Source of the DNA: an uncultured delta proteobacterium
GTDB lineage: Bacteria > Myxococcota > Kuafuiibacteriia > Kuafuiibacteriales > Kuafuiibacteriaceae
DNA: 64,000 nt
Direction of reading: 5' to 3'
NCBI GenBank assembly: GCA_963803435.1
Contig: CAWDML010000001.1
Location: forward strand, 1,824,001 to 1,888,000
This document shows, piece by piece, positions 20,374-29,142 of the stretch (its first letter is position 1; each line of letters begins with the position of its first letter). Both the position numbers and the translations under genes were made by a program. A model generated the notes under the pieces. The model saw only the letters and a list, made by a program, of their open reading frames with translations, ran no database searches and was not told where the DNA came from.

Positions 20374-21896
20374 AACTTGATCTTGGGCTCGGTGCCGCTC
20401 GGACGCACGCACACGCGCCCGCCGTCGGCGAGATCGAAGATCAGCACATCATGGTCGGTGAGATCCTGCCGGCTCGCCACCTCGGTCCCGCCGAGCGTTG
20501 GTAGCTTTGCGCGACGGAGGCGGGCCATCGCCTGTGCGATGCGATCTCTGCCTTCGGCGCCCGGCAGCGTGATGCTCTTCTGCCGGCTCGCGAACAGCCC
20601 ATGGTCGTGCCGGATCGCTTCGAGCTGATCGAGCAGCGTCAACCCGCGCCCGGCCAGCGACGCCGCCATCTCCGCCATCACCAGCGCAGCGCTGATCCCA
20701 TCCTTGTCGCGCACGGAGGTGCCCACGGTGTAGCCGAGCGCCTCCTCGTAGCCGAAGAGGAAGCGCGCCTCCTCCGCCCGGCGAATCGCCTCGTTCGCGA
20801 TCCACTTGAAGCCGGTCGCGGTCTCCGCGTAGTGAACGCCCGCGGCCGCCGCCATCTTCTTGAGGAGCTGGGACGACACCATCGTCGTGATCACCAGCCG
20901 CTCCCCCTCGGTATGCGCGATCAGATAGTGCGCGAGCAGGACGCCGATCTCGTTGCCGTTGAGCACGCGGTACGCACCGTCCTCGTCCCGGACCGCCACC
21001 GCCAGCCGATCGGCGTCGGGATCGTTGACCAGCACCACGTCAGAGCGCTGGTCCTGAGCCAGCTTCAGCACCCGATCGAGCGCGCCCGGCTCCTCGGGGT
21101 TGGGAAACTTCACCGTCGGGAAGTCGCCGTCCGGCTCGGCCTGCTCGGGCACGCTGTGAAAACGCTCGAAGCCGCGCCGCCGGAACACCTCTCGCAGCGT
21201 CTGTTCGCCGACGCCGTGCATCGCGGAGTAGGCGATCGACACGTCGGAAGGGCGCACCTCGGGATCGAAGACCAGACCCGCGATCTCGGCCAGGTAGCGC
21301 TCCTTGACCGCGTCGGCGTCGTCGAAGGGCGCGGCCGCGAGCGGGATGTCGCGGGCGGCCGGCGCGCGCGCGATCTCCTCGGCGATACTCCGGTCCACGG
21401 GCGGAATGATCTGAGCGCCGTTCTCCCAGTAGGCCTTGTAGCCGTTGTATGCGGGCGGGTTGTGGCTGGCGGTGACCACGATCCCCGCCGCTGCGCCCAG
21501 CGCCTTCACGGCGTAAGCGGCGACCGGCGTGGGCGTCGGTCCCGACAGAAAGTGCACCTTCACGCCGGCGGCCTTGCACACGGCGGCCGCGTCCTGCTGG
21601 AGCTCGGGCGACATCCGCCGGGCGTCACGCCCGATCACGACCCCTCGAGCGGCGGCGCCGGGGACGACGCGGAGCAGGTGCTCGATCAGGCCGTAGGTCG
21701 CGCGGATGACCACCGCGCGGTTCATGCGGCTCTCACCGGCGCCGATCAGACCGCGCAGGCCCGCCGTCCCGAACTCGAGCGGACCTGCGAAGCGCTCGGC
21801 GAGCGCGGCCCGATCGCCGGCCTCGACCAACGTGGTGAGCTCCGCGCGGGTCGAAGGATCCACGTCGCCCGCGATGAAGGCGCGGACACGCTCCAT
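20265..21896 (-). CDS. Phospho-sugar mutase (PGM/PMM family)
   Basis: FGTAGLRG, TASHNP active site, DPDADR, GYEEA, RPSGTEPKIKFY. Confidence 0.95.
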   Translation of the reverse strand: MERVRAFIAGDVDPSTRAELTTLVEAGDRAALAERFAGPLEFGTAGLRGLIGAGESRMNRAVVIRATYGLIEHLLRVVPGAAARGVVIGRDARRMSPELQQDAAAVCKAAGVKVHFLSGPTPTPVAAYAVKALGAAAGIVVTASHNPPAYNGYKAYWENGAQIIPPVDRSIAEEIARAPAARDIPLAAAPFDDADAVKERYLAEIAGLVFDPEVRPSDVSIAYSAMHGVGEQTLREVFRRRGFERFHSVPEQAEPDGDFPTVKFPNPEEPGALDRVLKLAQDQRSDVVLVNDPDADRLAVAVRDEDGAYRVLNGNEIGVLLAHYLIAHTEGERLVITTMVSSQLLKKMAAAAGVHYAETATGFKWIANEAIRRAEEARFLFGYEEALGYTVGTSVRDKDGISAALVMAEMAASLAGRGLTLLDQLEAIRHDHGLFASRQKSITLPGAEGRDRIAQAMARLRRAKLPTLGGTEVASRQDLTDHDVLIFDLADGGRVCVRPSGTEPKIKFYLEVVEPADSMSDAEARAQGRLDRAERAILDAAGL

Positions 21897-21911
21897 CAGG
21901 GAGATCGTCCA

Positions 21912-22412
21912 TCACTCTGGACAGGCGGCGCCGCTCTCGATGAAGAGCGGCTGGTCGGTGAGACCTTGGCTGCACGCGAACTCGTAGGCGCGCGCATAAC
22001 CGGACGACGCGAGGAAGCGTGCGGGCATGGCCTTGTCGCGGAGCGTCTGGGAGGCGGCCACGTCGCCGCCGTCGGCGGCGTGCTCGAAGGCCCGGGCGAG
22101 CTCGTCCCACGCCCGCGCGCCGGTCAGCATGGCCTGAAAGCGCTGCGCGTCCGACGCGACCGGATCGGTCTCCAGGACGCCGAGCCTGCGGATCGCGCTC
22201 TCGACCTTGCGCACGCCGTCGCCGAGGGACCGAAACTCGGGGTCCGCGAGCGCATGCTCGACGGTGCCGATGCCGTCGGCGGCCTGCTGATCGAGGGCCG
22301 TCAACTCAGCTTGCACTTCGGGCGAGGCATCGGCCGCACAACCGGCGAAGGCCAAGGCCGCGCAGCACACGACGACCGGGTTTGCCAGGACCCGCCCCAC
22401 GGGCCTCATCAT
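21912..22412 (-). CDS. Hypothetical lipoprotein
   Basis: Lipobox FAGC, helical body. Confidence 0.5.
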   Translation of the reverse strand: MMRPVGRVLANPVVVCCAALAFAGCAADASPEVQAELTALDQQAADGIGTVEHALADPEFRSLGDGVRKVESAIRRLGVLETDPVASDAQRFQAMLTGARAWDELARAFEHAADGGDVAASQTLRDKAMPARFLASSGYARAYEFACSQGLTDQPLFIESGAACPE

Positions 22413-22565
22413 CGCACAGGACGCGGCAAGTCGAGAGTTCTGTCTCCCCTTGACTGCTCTGATGAGCAGGGGTTGAAATAGGGGACTGAATCGGTCCGTT
22501 TTATGGCTGTGACACTGCGTCATCACGGTTCAAGCGCCCGCGTACCGGGGGCCCACCTGCGGGCC

Positions 22566-23942
22566 ATGGCTCGCCTCTATCTCCATGAAAAGACTGATGA
22601 AACCCGAGAGGGGCTCGCCAAGAAGCTTTCGGCGAGGTTGGCCCGCCACGGGATTGAATACCACGTCAAGACCATCCGCCGGCAGCTCCTCGGGCGGGTG
22701 GATTCGGTCCCGCCGGAGGTCGAGCACGCCCTCGAGACCCTGATGGGCGAGGTCCTCGGGCTGGAGCCCGACCAGCTTCGAGACGCCCTCGCCGAGCGCG
22801 GCGAGCTGGTGTCGTCCGACGACCGCACGGCGCCCTACATCGCGATCGAGCGAACGCGCGTGCTGATCGATCTCTGGCTCCACTTCAATCCCGGCCGGTC
22901 GAAGCGATCCCTCGCCAAGAAGATCGAGCGCGACCTCGCCGCCCACGGGACACCGCTCAGCTTCGACTCGATCGTCGGCAAGCTCACCGGCCGGGGAAAG
23001 GTCGTCCGGCGGGACGTTCACCAGCTGCTCCTCGACTACCTCGAGGTGCACGGCGTGCGCTCCGAAGCGGACGCGGGCTCGCACACGACCCGCTCCGAGG
23101 CCGTCAATCGCTCGCGCCGGGGGCGCCGCCTCGTCGACGCCGAGCGCTTCCGAACCCTCTGCCGGCTCTGGCAGCTGAACCGTCGCCAGGCGTCCAGCCG
23201 CCGGCTGGCCGCACTGCTCGAGGAGAAGCTGGAGGAGCGCGGGATCGAGATCGGGATCGATCAGCTGCAGCGCGCGATCGCCGGCAAGACGAAGCGCGTG
23301 CGTCAGGACGTCACCTGGCTGCTCGAGGAGCTGGTCGCCGAGACGTTGCCTGAGGGGACGCCGATCGAGTCCGAGCTCGCCTCGCCGAAGCTGACCGGGC
23401 TGCGCAATCAGGATCTGGCCTGGGTAAAGTGCGATCCGATCGCGGAGATGGCGAAGCAGTGGCTCGCCGAGCACCCCGGATCCAGCATGCGCCAGCTCGC
23501 CCAGTTGGTGGCGTCCTCGGTCAAGCGCATGGGTTACCGGACCAGCCACAACAGCATCCAGCCCATCCTGGGCGGCTGGAAGAAGAAGACGCGAGGCTTC
23601 GTGTATCGCGCCATGGCGAAGCAGCTCACCGGCGAACGCTCGCCGCGCGTCCCCGATGAGCACCTCCTGAGCCCCGTCCCTACGCCGCCTCCGCGCGAGC
23701 CGAGGACCGCGTCGACGTTCACGGCCTATCTCCGCGACGTCCGTCGCTACCTCCCGAACGCGCGCTCGCCGTACTTCGTGCAGCTCGCGGCCTTGCGCGC
23801 GGAGAAGATGTATGGCGTGTCCGCGGAGGAGGCCGTCCGCAGGATCCTTCGCGGTCGCCGGCAGGAACAACGGGCTCGGCCTCGAGGTTCGATCGAGGAG
23901 GAGCAGAACGCAGCGGGTGGGCTCCCCATCGCGGTGGGATGA
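22566..23942 (+). CDS. Hypothetical protein with four tandem ~98-aa HTH-like repeats
   Basis: Repeat W/Y-x6-S/T-xRxLAxxl...G.....I...L.G at ~22572, 22869, 23163 and 23454; alternative start at 22503. Confidence 0.65.
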   Translation: MARLYLHEKTDETREGLAKKLSARLARHGIEYHVKTIRRQLLGRVDSVPPEVEHALETLMGEVLGLEPDQLRDALAERGELVSSDDRTAPYIAIERTRVLIDLWLHFNPGRSKRSLAKKIERDLAAHGTPLSFDSIVGKLTGRGKVVRRDVHQLLLDYLEVHGVRSEADAGSHTTRSEAVNRSRRGRRLVDAERFRTLCRLWQLNRRQASSRRLAALLEEKLEERGIEIGIDQLQRAIAGKTKRVRQDVTWLLEELVAETLPEGTPIESELASPKLTGLRNQDLAWVKCDPIAEMAKQWLAEHPGSSMRQLAQLVASSVKRMGYRTSHNSIQPILGGWKKKTRGFVYRAMAKQLTGERSPRVPDEHLLSPVPTPPPREPRTASTFTAYLRDVRRYLPNARSPYFVQLAALRAEKMYGVSAEEAVRRILRGRRQEQRARPRGSIEEEQNAAGGLPIAVG

Positions 23943-23945
23943 TCG

Positions 23946-24392
23946 ATGCTGCGGATCACGAAGTTGACCGACTACGCGATCGTCATCCTCACCCACTGCG
24001 CGGGTGAGGACGCCCGACAATACACGGCGCGCGATCTGGCCGATCGTTCCCGACTCCCGCGCCCGACGGTCGGCAAGGTCTTGAAGACGCTCGCCCGCGC
24101 CGGCCTGGTGGTGGCGAGCCGGGGCACCAAGGGCGGGTACAGCCTTGCGAAGCCGCCGAGTCAGATCTCGGTCGCCGAGATCATCGAAGCGATCGAGGGG
24201 CCGCTGGCGCTGACGGAGTGCAGCGTCGCTCAGCCGGGACAGTGCGAGATCGAGAGCTGCTGCCCCGTGCGTGCCAACTGGCAGCGGATCAGCGCGATCG
24301 TCCGGCGCGCGCTCGAGAGCGTTTCGCTCGAGGTGATGCGGCAACAACCGGAGCGCGCCAAAGAGACGCTGGTTCAGCTGTTGGGAAGGTGA
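23946..24392 (+). CDS. Rrf2-family transcriptional regulator (SUF-regulator-like)
   Basis: [37 protein letters not shown]....C. Confidence 0.92.
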   Translation: MLRITKLTDYAIVILTHCAGEDARQYTARDLADRSRLPRPTVGKVLKTLARAGLVVASRGTKGGYSLAKPPSQISVAEIIEAIEGPLALTECSVAQPGQCEIESCCPVRANWQRISAIVRRALESVSLEVMRQQPERAKETLVQLLGR

Positions 24393-24397
24393 GAGGG

Positions 24398-25852
24398 ATG
24401 AAGAGAACCATCAGACAACCGTTCGATGCCGATCGGTTCTTGGAGCAGCTCCTCGAGGGCGCTGCCAGCGAGCCCATCGATCTGGAAGAGCTCGCGACCG
24501 TGCTGCCGGCCGAGGTCGGTCCCGAGGAGCTCGATCGACTTCTGCTCTCGGTGGCGGCGCGCGCCCCGGTGAAGGCGCCCGAGCTGGATACCAGCCCGCC
24601 CGCGCCGGAGCCGGAGAGCGCCGAGGGCGACTCGATCACCCGCCTCTACCTGGAGGACGTCGGCTCGGTCGCGCTGCTCTCGGCCGAGGTCGAGGTCGAG
24701 GTCGCGCGCGCGCTGGAGAGCGGCCGCCTGCGGGCCTTCCGCGCGGCCCTGGCCACCCGGGCGGGACGCGCCCACGTGCTGGCGCTGGGACATCGGCTGG
24801 AGACCGGCGCGGCCCGGATCGACCGCATCACACAGAGCGCCGGCGAAGAGGACGACCAGCGCGCCGCCCGGCTGCACACCGCGATGGCTCACTTGGCCGA
24901 GATCAACGAGCCCGGGTCGGAGGATCTCGCCGATCGCTTCCTCGAGGAGCTCACGCGTGCCCGCTTCGCGCTCGAGCAGATGGAGCGGATCGCGGTCAAG
25001 GTGCAGGAGCAGATCCGCGCCCTGGAAGAGGCGACAGACAAGAAACGCGATCGGCTCGAGGAGGAGCTCGGGGCCCCGCAAGCCCGCTTGCAGGGCATCG
25101 CGGCCGAGATCAAGTCGGGCCTCGGCGAGGCCGCACGCGCCAAGCGCCGGCTGGTGGAGGCCAACCTGCGGCTGGTCGTATCGCTCGCGAAGTCGTATCG
25201 GGGACAGGGCCTGCCGTTCCTCGATCTGATCCAGGAGGGCAACGTCGGCCTCATGCGGGCCGTCGACAAGTTCGACTGGCGCCGCGGCTTCAAGTTCTCG
25301 ACCTACGCGACCTGGTGGATCAAGCAGGCCATCCACCGGCTGCTGTCCGATCACTCGCGGACGATCCGCGTGCCGTCGCACGTTCTCGACGCCCGCCGCA
25401 AGCTGGTGCGAGAGGCGGCCGCCGCCACGCAGGAGCTCGGGAGGGACGCCACGGACGAGGAGCTGGCCGCACGCGCCAACCTGCCGGTGGAGCGCGTCCG
25501 GACCATCATGGGCGCAACAGCACGGCCGGCACAGCTCGACGCGCCGCTCGGCGAGGAGAGCGGCGCGCACCTCATCGACATGATCGAGGACGAGTCGCCG
25601 GCCCCCGACGAGGTGGTGGAGCAAGGCTTCCTGGCGAAGGACGTGGAGCGCGTCCTGGCGACGCTGAGCCCCCGCGAGGCGCATGTCCTCCGGAAGCGCT
25701 TCGGCATCGGCGAGACGTCCGACGCGACGCTCGAAGAGATCGCCCAAGAGGTGGAGCTCACACGGGAGCGGATCCGACAGATCGAAGCCCACGCCCTGGA
25801 GCGCCTGCGCAAGCGAAATCGGGCCCGCCTGCTCGAGGGCTATCGTCCCTAG
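24398..25852 (+). CDS. RpoD-like sigma-70 factor (group 1/2 paralog)
   Basis: Region 1.2, [47 protein letters not shown], region 4 TRERIRQIE. Confidence 0.93.
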   Translation: MKRTIRQPFDADRFLEQLLEGAASEPIDLEELATVLPAEVGPEELDRLLLSVAARAPVKAPELDTSPPAPEPESAEGDSITRLYLEDVGSVALLSAEVEVEVARALESGRLRAFRAALATRAGRAHVLALGHRLETGAARIDRITQSAGEEDDQRAARLHTAMAHLAEINEPGSEDLADRFLEELTRARFALEQMERIAVKVQEQIRALEEATDKKRDRLEEELGAPQARLQGIAAEIKSGLGEAARAKRRLVEANLRLVVSLAKSYRGQGLPFLDLIQEGNVGLMRAVDKFDWRRGFKFSTYATWWIKQAIHRLLSDHSRTIRVPSHVLDARRKLVREAAAATQELGRDATDEELAARANLPVERVRTIMGATARPAQLDAPLGEESGAHLIDMIEDESPAPDEVVEQGFLAKDVERVLATLSPREAHVLRKRFGIGETSDATLEEIAQEVELTRERIRQIEAHALERLRKRNRARLLEGYRP

Positions 25853-25932
25853 GAGCGTGTAGCGCGTAAGCGCTCACGCGGTCCGGGTCCCGGTCCCGGT
25901 CCGGGTCCCGATCTGAAGATGGCTGCCTTGAG

Positions 25933-27090
25933 TCAGACGCTCGCGACGGTCGCGAGCTTCGATCGGGAGAGCTTGAGCAGGTTGAGGGTGAGGCAGACGA
26001 GCGTCTGCTCGGCTCGTACCTTGAAGAAGGAGCGTAGCGAGAACCGGCGGAATCCTCGTGCCGCTTTGATCTGTCCGAGCGCCGGTTCGACGGACGAGGT
26101 GTTGCTGATCAGGTGCCTGGTTGCTGCCCCCTTCGGCGACAATCACCTGAGCGTGCTCATCTACGACAACTTGGCATTGTAGGCCTGGAGGTACGCTCCC
26201 TCCTTCAACATGATCCTGCTGTCTGAGTCGGTGAAGTTCCTCTGAGCGTGGGGCCTCGGTGTGCCGTCCACATTTGCAGGAACGCGATGATGCGGCCATC
26301 CATCATTTCGTTCAGTTGGGTCTGGGGATGGTTCGAGCTGGTCAGCCTGCGCTCTTGCCTTCTCGGCTCGAGTTCTCGCTCGCTTCTGCTCCACCAGATC
26401 CACAAGAGCATCATCCGCTTTGCTCTGCTGCTCTTCGGCTTGCCTGCGCAATTTCTCCGCGCGAGCCCTGGCGGCATCCTGTTCCAGCGCAGCCTTCGCT
26501 TCTCGAATGCGGGCAAGGCGGGATTCACGGCGAGCGGGCTCCGCTGGGATGTCCTCTTCAGTCTCTCTCAACGCCCAGCCGCTCGTCTTCCTCTTGGTCG
26601 ATCGTGCGCGCTCGCTCCAGCAGTTCTTCGATCTCGAGAGACAGCCGCTTCTCCTCCTCGGCCATCCGCTCGTAGGTCATCGCCTTGTGCTTGCTCGCGT
26701 TCGCCTGCACCTTCGAGCCATCGAGTGCGACGTGTCCGAGCCGCACCAAACCTGCTTTCTGGCAAAGCTTCAGGACTTCGAGGAAGAGCGCTTTCAGTGC
26801 CTCCAGGTGGACGCGCCGAAACTCGTTGATCGTCGTGAAGTGGGGATGACTTTCTCCAGCCAGCACCCGGAATGGAATGTCTTCGTAGGTCGCCCGCGCG
26901 ATCCTCCGCGACGAATAGATGCCGGTGCAGTAGGCGTACAGAAGCAGCGCGATCATCATTCGAGGCGAGTACGGTCGCTCGCCTCGCGGGTCCTTGGACT
27001 GGATCGAGATCTCGATCGCGCTCAGCTCTACCTCATCAACGACGTCCAAGACGAAGTACGCGAGATGATTTTCTGGGAGCCAACCTCCAA
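25933..27090 (-). pseudogene. IS1182-family transposase, frameshifted and internally deleted
   Basis: WLPENHLAYFVLDVVD, PYSPRMMIALLLYAY..SSRRIAR, ALDGSKVQANAS, NFTDSDSRIM; spread over three frames, with a ~270-bp deletion at ~26092. Confidence 0.92.
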
Positions 27091-27136
27091 GAACTTCTGC
27101 TGGTCAAAGTGGACGAGCTACCGCAAGCTAGCTTGC

Positions 27137-27505
27137 ATGGTCACTTTCGATCACGAGAAGCTCGAGGTCTACCAGCTCGCCGTCGAGTATGCCGACATCG
27201 CTGAAGAGATCGCACAAGAACTGCAACCCGGTCACGCTCACGTCCGCGATCAGCTTCGGCGGGCATCCGATTCCATCGTGAACAACACCGCCGAGGGCGC
27301 CGGAGAGTTCAATCCACCTGAGAAGGCTCGCTTCTACCGGATGGCACTTCGCTCTGGCACCGAAAGCGCCGCCTCACTCCACACCTGCTTGAGGCGCCGA
27401 CTCCCCAACGAGCAGAAGGTCCAAGCCGCCAGAGCCAAGCTCAAGCGCGTTGTCGAGATGCTCACGCGCCTCATCAAGTCGATGAACGCACGCCGGGCTG
27501 CATGA
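27137..27505 (+). CDS. Four-helix-bundle protein (23S rRNA IVP family, bAvd-like), intact, 122 aa
   Basis: FDHEKLEVYQLA..DQLRRASDSIVNNTAEG..EKARFYRMALRSGTE signature. Confidence 0.9.
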   Translation: MVTFDHEKLEVYQLAVEYADIAEEIAQELQPGHAHVRDQLRRASDSIVNNTAEGAGEFNPPEKARFYRMALRSGTESAASLHTCLRRRLPNEQKVQAARAKLKRVVEMLTRLIKSMNARRAA

Positions 27506-27594
27506 TCGCCATCGGGACCGGGACCGGGTGCGCTGATTTGTCGCACCCCGTATCTGTTGGTTGTTGCTTGTCTTTCCGGGCACCATCCGCGGCG

Positions 27595-28062
27595 ATGAAC
27601 ACGAAGATCGTGGGGACCTTCGCAGGTCTGCTGCTCCTCGTTGGCTGTGGCGGTGGCGATCCCGCCGTCACTTCGGTCGCCTTCACGCCGAACACCATTC
27701 AGGCGGGGGACGAGGGCACGCTGACCGTCGAGGTCGAGAACTTCACGCTCCGCGAGCCCGGGCCCGAGCCGGGGGAGGCGCTCCATGCCGCCGAAGAAAC
27801 GGAAGCGGGCAAGTCGGGCGACTATCCGGACGGCGGCCACTTCCACGTCTACCTCGACTCGGTCGAGGAGAATCCGATCCCGCTCAACTGCCCGGACTAC
27901 TGCGAGCACCCCGGCTTCACGCCCACGAACAAGCTCCGGATCCCGGCCACCACCACCGCCGGCTCGCACACGATCATCGTGCGGCTGAACAACGACGACC
28001 ACACCTTCTTGAACCCGCCGATCCAGAACACCGCCATGATCACGGTGACCTCGACGATCTAG
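27595..28062 (+). CDS. Lipoprotein with His-rich Ig-like domain (DUF4399-like, possible metal binding)
   Basis: Lipobox LVGC; GHFHVYLD..GSHTIIVRLNNDDH. Confidence 0.6.
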   Translation: MNTKIVGTFAGLLLLVGCGGGDPAVTSVAFTPNTIQAGDEGTLTVEVENFTLREPGPEPGEALHAAEETEAGKSGDYPDGGHFHVYLDSVEENPIPLNCPDYCEHPGFTPTNKLRIPATTTAGSHTIIVRLNNDDHTFLNPPIQNTAMITVTSTI

Positions 28063-28084
28063 CCCTGCCCTACCGAACGGCGAG

Positions 28085-29068
28085 TCACAACCTCGGCAGC
28101 GTGGCTGTCGGCTCGCCGAGCTCTTCGCAGGTGGGGTCCGTGTCCGGCGCCTCCGGCGACTCCTCCCGGTGGAACCTGCGCACGCACTCGCCGAGGAGAG
28201 AGCGCGCGCGCTGTGCACCGCCGTGGGCCGCCACCAGCGCGGCCAACCGACGGTAGAGCTCGGCCGCGCTCGCGAAGCGGTCCGAGGGATCCTTCGCCAG
28301 CGCTCGATCGATCACCTCCCACAGCTCCGCCGGAAAGCTGGGAACGATCGAGGTGAGCCGGCGCGGCACGACGCGCAACACCGCCCTCATCTTGTCCGCG
28401 GGGCGGCGTCCGTCGAACAGCCGGCAGAGCGAGGCGGCCTCGTACAGCGTGGTACCCAGGGCGAAGATGTCCGTGCGCTGATCGATCGCCTTGCCCGTCA
28501 CCTGCTCCGGCGCCATGTAGCTCGGCTTGCCACGCACGATGCCGGCCGTGGTCAGATGCTGCTGCACCGAGGTGCGCGCCACGCCGAAGTCGGTCAGATA
28601 GACCCCGCCCCCCCGATCGAGCAGGACGTTGTGCGGCGAGACGTCGCGATGAACCATGCACAGGCGACGCCCGCCCATCGACGCGCGCGTGTGCGCATAA
28701 TGGAGCGCGCTCGCGACCTGCGCCCCCAGGTACGCAACCACCAGCGGAGCCAGCGGGCGACGTCCCGGCTGCATGAGATCGATCAGGTCCTTGAGGGACG
28801 GCCCGTGGACGAGCCGCATCGCCAGCCAGTGGATGGAACCATCCCGACCGAAGTCGACGGTGGGGACAATCGACTCGTGCTCGAGCGCGGACGCGGCGCG
28901 CGCTTCGTCGACGAACAGCAGCGCCTTCTCGGAGGTGAACTCTTCCCCGATGAGGACCTTGAGCGCATAGATCCGGTCATCGGTACCCTCGGCGGCCCAA
29001 ACCTGGCCCATCCCGCCCTCGCCGAGCCTATGCAGCAGTCGATAGGGCCCCACCTGGGTCGGAAGCAT
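28085..29068 (-). CDS. Ser/Thr protein kinase
   Basis: LGEGGMG, ALK, HRDVSPHN, DFG, YMAPE. Confidence 0.95.
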   Translation of the reverse strand: MLPTQVGPYRLLHRLGEGGMGQVWAAEGTDDRIYALKVLIGEEFTSEKALLFVDEARAASALEHESIVPTVDFGRDGSIHWLAMRLVHGPSLKDLIDLMQPGRRPLAPLVVAYLGAQVASALHYAHTRASMGGRRLCMVHRDVSPHNVLLDRGGGVYLTDFGVARTSVQQHLTTAGIVRGKPSYMAPEQVTGKAIDQRTDIFALGTTLYEAASLCRLFDGRRPADKMRAVLRVVPRRLTSIVPSFPAELWEVIDRALAKDPSDRFASAAELYRRLAALVAAHGGAQRARSLLGECVRRFHREESPEAPDTDPTCEELGEPTATLPRL

Positions 29069-29142
29069 TCGGACCGATCATAGAGGAGCGGAGCGCCGTC
29101 GCGAGGGACGCGCCGGGCCTCCCCGCTCGACCACCGGTCGCG

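Larger units (their letters stand above)
25853..27528. mobile_element. IS1182-family/four-helix-bundle element, copy 2 (most complete interior, right terminal IR missing)
   Basis: Left CTAG (25849-25852) plus IR and hexamer repeats; ends after two GGGACC units with no right IR or CTAG. Confidence 0.85.

Noticed and set aside
26420-27136. 361-aa extended four-helix-bundle ORF
   Set aside because: The extension is the antisense of the transposase; the family motif starts at ATG 27137.
27137-27505. 23S rRNA intervening sequence
   Set aside because: No rRNA sequence flanks the gene; the family name is historical.
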